Below, piece after piece: positions 25,161 to 32,000 of a stretch of DNA of 32,000 bases. Each line of letters begins with the position of its first letter. Within the stretch, counting starts at the first letter, position 1. The DNA comes from Bdellovibrionales bacterium (GTDB lineage Bacteria > Bdellovibrionota > Bdellovibrionia > Bdellovibrionales > UBA1609), in NCBI GenBank assembly GCA_963692945.1, contig OY843585.1, positions 630,001-662,000 of the forward strand, in the 5' to 3' direction. The notes beneath the pieces were generated by a model. That model was not told the DNA's origin. It worked only from the letters and a program-made list of their open reading frames with translations, and made no database searches. The position numbers and the translations under genes are program-made.

Positions 25161-25853
25161 ATGGGAAAAGCAGTTGTAAAAGTTCTTAATGGTCCTATAA
25201 AAGGGAAAGTTTATGCTTTAAAGAATAATATGCTTTTTGGACGTACAGCAGGGGATATTGTTTTAAGGGATGATCTTGTTTCTGATCCTCATGCAAAAAT
25301 AGAAATTTATTCCAGTGGTAAAATTATGTTGATTGATCAAAATTCTAAAAATGGAATTTATGTTAATGGGAATCCAAAAGTTAAAGCTATTTTAGAAGAA
25401 GGCTCAAAGTTTTCTTTAGGAAATAGTGAGTTTGAAGTTTTATTTATTAAATTTCCTGAAGAGATATGGTCTGATATTTTAAAAAAAAGTTTGTCCTATA
25501 TAGAAGACGATACTTCAATCCATTTATCGGCTTTTTCAAAAGAAGTTCATCTTCATTTTTTGAAAGGGTACCAACAAGGAGAAACTCGGATTTTAGCTTA
25601 TGGTCCAAGGTCTTTTGGTTCTGAATCTCCAGACAACCCTATTTTTGATAAAAATGTTCCTGATAAGGCTTTTACTCTTATTCCTAAAGACGATGGAGTT
25701 TTGTTTCAAACGGATTATCCAGATATTGTGCATCTTAATGAAAAAAAGGTTTCTGAACAAATGCTTCAAGGTGGAGAAATTATTTCTATAGATACTTTAG
25801 AGATAAAAATCCAGTTAAAAGATTCTTCTCTCAATGAGCAAAACCTTTTTTGA
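25161..25853 (+). CDS. FHA-domain protein with an uncharacterised C-terminal domain
   Basis: The N-terminal 'FGRTAGDIVLRDDLVSDPHAKIEIYSSGKIMLIDQNSKNGIYVNG' contains the FHA signature G-R...S-x-x-H...S-x-N-G. ATG 25161 (TTG 25158 is in frame) follows AAAGGGG. Confidence 0.8.
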   Translation: MGKAVVKVLNGPIKGKVYALKNNMLFGRTAGDIVLRDDLVSDPHAKIEIYSSGKIMLIDQNSKNGIYVNGNPKVKAILEEGSKFSLGNSEFEVLFIKFPEEIWSDILKKSLSYIEDDTSIHLSAFSKEVHLHFLKGYQQGETRILAYGPRSFGSESPDNPIFDKNVPDKAFTLIPKDDGVLFQTDYPDIVHLNEKKVSEQMLQGGEIISIDTLEIKIQLKDSSLNEQNLF

Positions 25854-25882
25854 GTCGTCATTTAAATAGGAATTTAAAAGTG

Positions 25883-27493
25883 TTAAAGATTTTTTCTTTT
25901 TCTATAGAAAAATTCAAATATCAACATAAAACAACTGAGAAGAAATAGAAAGATTTCGTTTATATAAAATCCCCAACTCATGAAAAGTGTTTTTTGAGGA
26001 TTAGTGTAGTAGGGAATTTGAAATAAAGCATACCAAGATTTGTTGATGGGAGAGAGTGTTTCAACCTCTCCATTACTATGAATCACTGAGGAGATACCTG
26101 TGTTTGTAGCACGAATGAGAGGTCTGCGGGTTTCAATAGCTCTTGCTAAGGTCATAGTTAAATGTTGCCAAGGTTCTTGCCAACGACCATACCAAGAATC
26201 ATTTGTGATGTTAACTAGGACTTGAGGTCCATCTAAAGCAAGTTGTCTTGTGAAATTATCAAATAGACCTTCATAACAGATTTGAAAACCAAGTAGCAGA
26301 CCTTCTAAGTTTTTAATTTGATGTTTTTTTCCTGGTTTTAAATTGGTGTTGAAATAAGGAAATAATTTTAAAATAAAAGGAAACATTTGAGAGCCTGGGA
26401 ATTGCTCTCCAAAGGCAAGTAATTTGACCTTGTCATAAATAGGTTTCATTATATTGCCTTTGCGATCTAAAACAATTAAAGAGTTGCTATAACTTCTATG
26501 GTCTCGACTGATTCCCCCAGTGATAAGAGGAACTTTCATTTTTTTAATTAAAGTGGAAATTCCTTTTAATCTTTTTTCTCTTTTATCAATAACATAAGGA
26601 TAAGCTCCTTCTGGCCAAAGAATAAAATGGATGTCTTTATTTTTTTTACGATATTTTAAGAAAGATTTAACGGTAAGATTTTTAGTTTGATATAAACTTT
26701 TTTTTCTAGGACTTTTGAAAGGTTTGTAATTTTTGAGGTGACTTACAGAACCTATATTGTTTTGGATGACAATGGCTTTTAAAGAGTTGTCTGTGTCTGG
26801 TAATCTTTTTTTTAAGTACAAGCCTAATCCATTTAAAAATAAGAAGAGAGATAGAATAGTTGCAAGAGTTATTTTTCCTAACCGATCTAAACGGTGTTTA
26901 TAAAGTATCAAGGCAAGAAGGTTAAAAATATAAAAGAGAGTGTTTAAAAATCGGAATCCCCAGAGTTCAGCCGTTTGAGCTGTTGGTAAAGTCGCCCAAA
27001 GCCAAGGGTAACCCATATTCCAAGGAAAAATAGCAGGTATGATAGTGTGGAGTAGAGAAAATAAAATAGGTAGAAGTAGTAATTTTAAGAGAGGGGAGTG
27101 ATTTTGATTTTTTGTTATAAAAAACCAAGTGACACTGGCTATTGTGATAAAGATATTTGCAAGAGCACAAAATAAAATTAAAATGATAAAACTAAAGAAC
27201 CAATTCAGCTGTCCAAAAGCATGGGCTGTGTAAATGATCCAATTAAAACCTATAAGTGTAGCAATAAATTGAGTTAACCAAGAACCAATCAGGACTTCTT
27301 TAAGCCGAGTTTGTTTGTATAGAAAAAACCAAAGAGGAACCAAAGAAAAAAACATAAAGACTATAGGAAAGGGGATAAAACTCATACCGAGCAGAACTCC
27401 TGACAATAAAGGAATTTTATATTTTATAAAAAAAGGAATGTAATTTTTAAGAATTTTTTTAAATTTGTTAAATATTTTTTTTAAAAAATCCAT
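25883..27493 (-). CDS. lnt: Apolipoprotein N-acyltransferase
   Basis: 536 aa. The N-terminal portion has multiple TM segments. The C-terminal nitrilase-like domain carries the E-K-C triad contexts 'ILWPEGAYP', 'YDKVKLLAFGE' and 'GFQICYEGLF', plus 'NITNDSWYG' and 'RATNTGISS'. Confidence 0.9.
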   Translation of the reverse strand: MDFLKKIFNKFKKILKNYIPFFIKYKIPLLSGVLLGMSFIPFPIVFMFFSLVPLWFFLYKQTRLKEVLIGSWLTQFIATLIGFNWIIYTAHAFGQLNWFFSFIILILFCALANIFITIASVTWFFITKNQNHSPLLKLLLLPILFSLLHTIIPAIFPWNMGYPWLWATLPTAQTAELWGFRFLNTLFYIFNLLALILYKHRLDRLGKITLATILSLFLFLNGLGLYLKKRLPDTDNSLKAIVIQNNIGSVSHLKNYKPFKSPRKKSLYQTKNLTVKSFLKYRKKNKDIHFILWPEGAYPYVIDKREKRLKGISTLIKKMKVPLITGGISRDHRSYSNSLIVLDRKGNIMKPIYDKVKLLAFGEQFPGSQMFPFILKLFPYFNTNLKPGKKHQIKNLEGLLLGFQICYEGLFDNFTRQLALDGPQVLVNITNDSWYGRWQEPWQHLTMTLARAIETRRPLIRATNTGISSVIHSNGEVETLSPINKSWYALFQIPYYTNPQKTLFMSWGFYINEIFLFLLSCFMLIFEFFYRKRKNL

Positions 27494-27550
27494 AATTAAG
27501 TTAAGGAAAACTTAACTACTTTGTTTCTACTTTTCAAGGGAAATAGAAAA

Positions 27551-28948
27551 TTATTTTTTATTTTGAATCAAAGATTTATTGATGTGATTTAAAATATCCA
27601 TAGAGTTTAAGTTATCTTCTTGGTGAACTGGGTCATAAATATCAATACGTCCTCTAGAGTTTTGGATATTTTTTAGAGTAGAAGGTTTATCTGTTGCCGG
27701 CATAATAATATTTGAATTATTTGGAAGATCAGAAAAGTCAATGTTTTGATCTCTCATAATGAGAGATTCATAGGCATTAAGTTTTTTACCTTCTTGTGTT
27801 TTTTCTTGTATTTTTTCGGTTCCTTGTCCAAAACCTGTTTTATAAACCTGCTTAACAATTTGTGTCATGCTCCATGAAGGATAAAGAGATTTTACTAAGG
27901 CAGTGACGCCAGTAGCAACAGCTGTTGCTTGTGAGGTGCCAGTCATAAACCCATAATTATCATGTTTTAAAGGTGTTGATTGAGCAAGTTTTCTCCATAG
28001 ATTGTTCAACAGTTGTCCTCTCAAATATCGTCTTGGTGGTAAAGTAGAAATGATTCGTTCACCAGGAGCCGTTTGATAGATTTTCTTTTCTCTGTAATCT
28101 TTAGTAACCCAATTGCTTGAATCTATAATTTCATTATTTGCATTTTTAGATTGAACATAAATGATATTAGGTAATTCATAACTAGCGGGATAGTATTTTA
28201 CATTTTTTCCAATTTCTGTACTATTATTTCCAGAAGCTGAAACAAAAATGATTTTTTTATCAGCGGCTTTAGCGATGAGAGTTTTTTCTTGTTCATTAGC
28301 TCCTGGACCACCCCCTGAATAATTTATAATGTGGGCTCCATTATGGATAGCGTAGTCTATAGATTTAATAGAGTTTATAATATTGTTTTCATTGTTAGTG
28401 CTGTCATAGTATTTTAAAATCATTAGGCTTATTTTAGGAGCCACGCCAATCACTTTACAGTCAGGGTTAGATTTTGTGCTACCTGTGGCGGCAATCAGAC
28501 CAGCAATGTGAGTCCCGTGACCATGCCTGTCTTGAAGATCGTTATTATTATCTACAAAATTCCAACCATGGATATCATCTACAAAACCATTTTTGTCATC
28601 GTCAATTTTATTATTAGGTATTTCTTTTGAGTTGACCCAAAGATTATCCTTTAAGCAGGGGTGAAGGAGATGAATTCCCGTATCAACAACAGCAATAAGG
28701 ATGTCTTTATTACCTCTGGTTTTTTCCCAAGCTTTAAGTATAGAAATATCTTTTAAAGCCCACTGTTTTTCAACATGTTGTTTTAAAATGTTTTTATTTG
28801 TAGAAGGGACAAAACTAGGCTTACCTAAGACTAAAGATCTTTTTTGTTCATTAGGAGCCCTCATGTTAGCTTTTTTGAAAAAGAATGTAACACTTGAACT
28901 GACCACTAATAAAACAACTAAAAAGCCAAAGATTTTTTTATAACCCAT
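27551..28948 (-). CDS. Subtilisin-like serine protease (peptidase S8), membrane-anchored or secreted
   Basis: Catalytic triad contexts 'IAVVDTGI' (Asp), 'HGHGTHIAGLIAA' (His) and 'MTGTSQATAVATGVTAL' (Ser). I prefer ATG 28948, which gives 'MGYKKIFGFLVVLLVVSSS' as a signal/anchor. The longest ORF extends to TTG 29065. Confidence 0.88.
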   Translation of the reverse strand: MGYKKIFGFLVVLLVVSSSVTFFFKKANMRAPNEQKRSLVLGKPSFVPSTNKNILKQHVEKQWALKDISILKAWEKTRGNKDILIAVVDTGIHLLHPCLKDNLWVNSKEIPNNKIDDDKNGFVDDIHGWNFVDNNNDLQDRHGHGTHIAGLIAATGSTKSNPDCKVIGVAPKISLMILKYYDSTNNENNIINSIKSIDYAIHNGAHIINYSGGGPGANEQEKTLIAKAADKKIIFVSASGNNSTEIGKNVKYYPASYELPNIIYVQSKNANNEIIDSSNWVTKDYREKKIYQTAPGERIISTLPPRRYLRGQLLNNLWRKLAQSTPLKHDNYGFMTGTSQATAVATGVTALVKSLYPSWSMTQIVKQVYKTGFGQGTEKIQEKTQEGKKLNAYESLIMRDQNIDFSDLPNNSNIIMPATDKPSTLKNIQNSRGRIDIYDPVHQEDNLNSMDILNHINKSLIQNKK

Positions 28949-29287
28949 ATAAAGATCTATCGGAATTATTCTTTGATTTTTAAAGAAAATGTGTTGAAAA
29001 ACCTTGCTTTTAAATAGAAATATCTCTTTTTTTACCATAGGAAAGAGGTTCTGGGTTTTTATCAATGACTAGAGCCTGATTTTTAGGATGCTTTTGAATC
29101 TATTTTAATCCTGTTATAAAAGTCTCATAAAAATCTTCATGAAAAATATAAGTTTTTTATAAATAGATAATAGATTTTTGTAAAAGAAAGATGAATGAGA
29201 AATCATCTTCAGGGTTTTGTATATTTTTTATATAGCGTAAGTATTTATCAAAAGGTTTTTGTTTCATAATAAGCTAGTCCGTTTTGC

Positions 29288-31453
29288 TTATTTTTTAGCT
29301 GTGGTGTCAAAGTTAAAAAGCCATTCAGGATATTTTGAATCTTTGTAGTTTAAAAGGCTATGATAAAAAATATAATTTCTTATCAACAGTCGCACATAAG
29401 TCCTAGTTTCTTCATAAGGTATGTTTTCTATAAATTCAAGGGGAGAATGGTAAATGATATATTTTTTCCATTGGTTCACAGGAGTTGCTCCTGCGTTGTA
29501 GGCTGCTGTTGTGAGAATAAAATTATTTTTATATTGTTTCAAAAGAGATTTTAAATGTGCAGAGCCTAATAAAATATTTCTAGAAGGATTGTAGAGTTGT
29601 CTAAAGCCTCTATAAGTTACACCTATTTTACGAGAAGTCTCACGAGCTGTAGAAGGTATGATTTGCATAAGTCCAAAAGCATCAGAGGTGCTTCTAGCTC
29701 TATTGTTAAAAACAGACTCTTGGCGTATGAGAGCATAAATGAGAGGTGTAGGGATTTTCCAGTTCTTAGCATTTTTTTCAATTTCATTTTTATATTCTAA
29801 AGGAAATAAAAGATCCAAATGATTTTCTAAAAAGTATTTTTTTATTTTTGGATTCATTTTTTGTAAAGATTGAAAAATCTCTAAATATTTTTTGGACATT
29901 GTATAGAGATAAAAAAGATTGATCCAATCTTTTTTTACTTTTGGATTGTTTGTTAATAGGTTGTCTTTTTTTAAATCTAAAAAATGAGATAAGAGTTTTG
30001 ATTCATTAAAAAGAAGTAACCAATAGACAATGTTTTCAGAATTGTAATTGATAGAATCTTTATAACTTTTAAAATTTGTTTTTGAGATTTTCATGTCTAA
30101 GTTTTTATTTAAACGATAGTAAGCCATTAAGCCATAATAGCCGAATACATCTTCTTGAATGAGATGTTTAAAAGTTTTTTTTGCTAAAAAATTATAATTT
30201 AAAGATATATAAGTTTCTCCTATCCAAAATAAAATTTTGTATTTTGTGTAAGGGTTGAGTGTTGTTTTTTTAAGTTGATTTAGAATAGAAAGAGATTTTA
30301 AATATTTTTTTTGTATTCTAAGTAACCAAGCTTTTTTCCATAAGATTCTTTCTAAGAGTTCCTGATTGTTTTTTTCTTTTTTTAAAATTTTAATGGATTT
30401 ACTCCAATCTTTGAGGCTTTCTTCAAAGTTTTTTTCTTGTTCATTGATCAATCCTCTTAGCCAATAAGCTTGATCTGTAATAATGGAAGATTTTGGATTT
30501 TTCATTATTTGATCCAGAGTTTGTAAAGCCTTCTCATTTTTATCAAAGTTCCAATAATTTCTTACAAGGTTAAGTTCGTTATTGTAGTAATATTTTAAAC
30601 TAGTGGTTGTGTTTTCTTTTAGTAACCAATTAGACCATTGCTTAGAGGTGGTGATTTGTTTTTTATAGTTTTTGCGATTTTTATAGATCCAATGAAGCCA
30701 TTTAAAACTTTGATTTTTTTGTTCAAAATGAGCTTGATCTGAATTTAAAACTTTTTTATAGAAAGACGAAGCTTTTTTGAAAGCTCGGTTTTTTCTATAA
30801 CCATGAGCAATAAAAAGGTAGTCTTTAAACTCGGGATTAGGATTTAGATAAGGAGCTTCTTTATAGAGAAGGGTTTTTAGAGTGTTGATATTTTTTGTTT
30901 CTTTTTTTTGTTTAGATAAAGATAAAGCATGTTTTAAATAAGAAATACGGAGGTCTTTGTAAAGAGCATGTTGGCCTAAATATTTTGCAGACTGTATGAT
31001 GTGATCTTTATTTTTAAAAAAAATTCCTCTTTTATAAAAGGCTTCAGCCCATCTTAATTTTAACCATTCTGGAAAAGCAGAGTCCTCAAAGGTAAGGGAG
31101 GTTTTGGAGTAAGGGCAGATTTCATAGGAGTAAATAAGGGCTAATTGATAAAGCGGGAAAGACTTTATTGTAGAAAGTTCCTGCATGTTTTTACAAAAAG
31201 TTTTTGGTTCTTTCTTTTTTAACAGAAGGGCTTTTTGAAATTTTAGCCTCCAAAGAGTAGGGGTGCTATCACTATGAGTTTTTTCTAGTCCATTAAAAAG
31301 GGTATGAATTTTTTTTGCCGATGATTTTTCTATTTGTTTTGGTAATGTGATATCTTTAGATTTCAAAGAGAGACTAAAACTAGAAAAACTTAGAGATAGT
31401 AAAAGAACAAAATACATTTTTAGATTATAAAACGAATAAAGAGTTGAAAACAA
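29288..31453 (-). CDS. slt: Soluble lytic murein transglycosylase (Slt70-like: superhelical repeat domain + C-terminal SLT/GH23 domain)
   Basis: 721 aa. N-terminal signal, then a long helical-repeat region. C-terminal 'ALIRQESVFNNRARSTSDAFGLMQIIPSTA' (catalytic E-S motif, GLMQ) and 'AAYNAGA'. The start is either TTG 31453 or ATG 31417. Confidence 0.88.
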   Translation of the reverse strand: MFSTLYSFYNLKMYFVLLLSLSFSSFSLSLKSKDITLPKQIEKSSAKKIHTLFNGLEKTHSDSTPTLWRLKFQKALLLKKKEPKTFCKNMQELSTIKSFPLYQLALIYSYEICPYSKTSLTFEDSAFPEWLKLRWAEAFYKRGIFFKNKDHIIQSAKYLGQHALYKDLRISYLKHALSLSKQKKETKNINTLKTLLYKEAPYLNPNPEFKDYLFIAHGYRKNRAFKKASSFYKKVLNSDQAHFEQKNQSFKWLHWIYKNRKNYKKQITTSKQWSNWLLKENTTTSLKYYYNNELNLVRNYWNFDKNEKALQTLDQIMKNPKSSIITDQAYWLRGLINEQEKNFEESLKDWSKSIKILKKEKNNQELLERILWKKAWLLRIQKKYLKSLSILNQLKKTTLNPYTKYKILFWIGETYISLNYNFLAKKTFKHLIQEDVFGYYGLMAYYRLNKNLDMKISKTNFKSYKDSINYNSENIVYWLLLFNESKLLSHFLDLKKDNLLTNNPKVKKDWINLFYLYTMSKKYLEIFQSLQKMNPKIKKYFLENHLDLLFPLEYKNEIEKNAKNWKIPTPLIYALIRQESVFNNRARSTSDAFGLMQIIPSTARETSRKIGVTYRGFRQLYNPSRNILLGSAHLKSLLKQYKNNFILTTAAYNAGATPVNQWKKYIIYHSPLEFIENIPYEETRTYVRLLIRNYIFYHSLLNYKDSKYPEWLFNFDTTAKK

Positions 31454-31484
31454 CCCTTCTTATATTAAAGAACGATATAGATTA

Positions 31485-32000
31485 TTAATAATAACGTTCT
31501 AATTTTGCAATTCTATCTTCTAATGGAGGATGTGTAGAAAACCAATTTCTTTTCTTTGGAGGAGTAGAGATTTGTAAATAGCTATAGCTTTTTTGATTGG
31601 ATGGGACTGGTGATTGTAAATTCATATTTCTTTGAAGGGCTTTTAAAGCCAGAATCATATTTTCAGATCCTGCTAATTTTGCTCCTCCTTTATCGGCTTT
31701 GTATTCTCTTTTTCTGGAGAAGTAACAAAGAACAATAAAGCCTAAAAGGCTAAAAGCTATTTGTAGCCCCATAAAGATAAGGTACTCCATCCAAAAAGAA
31801 CGGCTTCTTTGTTGAGAAACTATGATTCTTGCAATGAGTCTTGCAGCTATCAAAACCATTGTGTTGATTAAGCCTTGAAGGAGAGTCATTGTAACCATAT
31901 CTCCATTTGCAATATGAGCTATTTCATGACCTAAAACACCTTCTATTTCGTTTTTTGACATATTATTTAAAAGGCCTCTAGAAACAGCTACAAGAGAGCG
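31485..32000 (-). CDS. htpX: Zn-dependent protease HtpX (M48), N-terminus outside the window
   Basis: 'GVLGHEIAHIANGDM' (HExxH) preceded by '..RSLVAVSRGLLNNMSKNE' in an open frame running to nt 32000. Two TM helices follow the active site, then C-terminal 'STHPPLEDRIAKL' (consensus sTHPpl.eRI..L). Confidence 0.9.
   Translation of the reverse strand, partial: RSLVAVSRGLLNNMSKNEIEGVLGHEIAHIANGDMVTMTLLQGLINTMVLIAARLIARIIVSQQRSRSFWMEYLIFMGLQIAFSLLGFIVLCYFSRKREYKADKGGAKLAGSENMILALKALQRNMNLQSPVPSNQKSYSYLQISTPPKKRNWFSTHPPLEDRIAKLERYY

Noticed and set aside
25600-25791. 63-aa ORF in an alternative frame of the FHA gene
   Set aside because: It is a shadow ORF, Leu/Phe-rich as expected from out-of-frame reading of AT-rich sequence.
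26967-27170. 67-aa alternative-frame ORF inside lnt
   Set aside because: It is a shadow ORF within a confidently called gene.
28701-28943. 80-aa ORF antisense to the S8 protease N-terminal region
   Set aside because: It is antisense to the protease signal/propeptide region, with no RBS.
29188-29209. 7-bp-stem hairpin AAGATGA-N8-TCATCTT downstream of slt, considered as an intrinsic terminator
   Set aside because: The stem is short and AT-rich, and the T-tract on the minus strand is interrupted (TCTTTTAC). It is too weak to call a terminator without 3'-end data.
29147-29257. 36-aa minus-strand micro-ORF downstream of slt
   Set aside because: It has no RBS and no recognisable features. It probably lies in the S8 protease promoter/leader region.
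29360-29800. Two plus-strand ORFs (64 and 67 aa) antisense to the slt SLT domain
   Set aside because: They are antisense to the most conserved part of the transglycosylase, so they are artefacts.
1-32000. Scan for tRNA/rRNA, CRISPR arrays, IS elements, integrases, toxin-antitoxin pairs, restriction-modification or other defence enzymes, and alternative genetic code
   Set aside because: No locally GC-rich, structured 70-90 nt segments, no regularly spaced direct repeats and no transposase/recombinase/nuclease/ATPase-type motifs were seen in any long ORF. All long ORFs terminate normally with TAA/TAG/TGA. The scan was done by eye only, so tRNAscan-SE, Infernal, CRISPR and defence-system finders should confirm it.

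Overview
Very AT-rich sequence (about 30% G+C by eye), densely coding and read with the standard bacterial code. It looks like the chromosome of a Gram-negative (diderm) bacterium. The gene set (type IV pilin, S8 and Zn proteases, many TPR proteins, Lnt/LspA/Slt) suggests a Bdellovibrionota/Oligoflexia-like organism, but that is only a weak inference.

I support about 27 protein-coding genes. Motif-level calls for housekeeping functions: alanine racemase, PurH, NUDIX hydrolase, GT2 glycosyltransferase, CPA2 antiporter, DAACS (GltP-type) symporter, PutA, Lnt, S8 subtilase, Slt70-like lytic transglycosylase and HtpX (truncated at the right edge). A glutathionylspermidine-synthase-like ATP-grasp gene is truncated at the left edge. 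The remaining genes are lineage-specific hypotheticals (TPR, FHA, Fis-type HTH, peptidase-MA-like, metzincin lipoprotein, small orphan ORFs).

I see no rRNA, tRNA, CRISPR array, transposase, integrase or recognisable defence-system enzymes. I cannot honestly point to a coherent multi-gene novel system. This reads as an ordinary core-genome region with several individually odd features:
- an LspA-like signal peptidase II fused to an extra 2-TM + HAMP-like tail;
- a histidine-kinase-like ATPase with no phospho-acceptor His, abutting alr;
- a matrixin-type lipoprotein whose signal peptide and N-terminal catalytic region have no ATG/GTG/TTG start (apparent CTG start behind a strong SD);
- a duplicated palindromic about 19-bp element in front of both genes of a divergent pair, next to a Fis-HTH gene;
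- a peptidase-MA-like gene that starts inside the symporter gene and is followed 2 nt later by a signal-less beta-rich ORF;
- perfect DnaA-box 9-mers around an orphan small-gene locus.

All functional calls come from motif recognition by eye. No database search was run.
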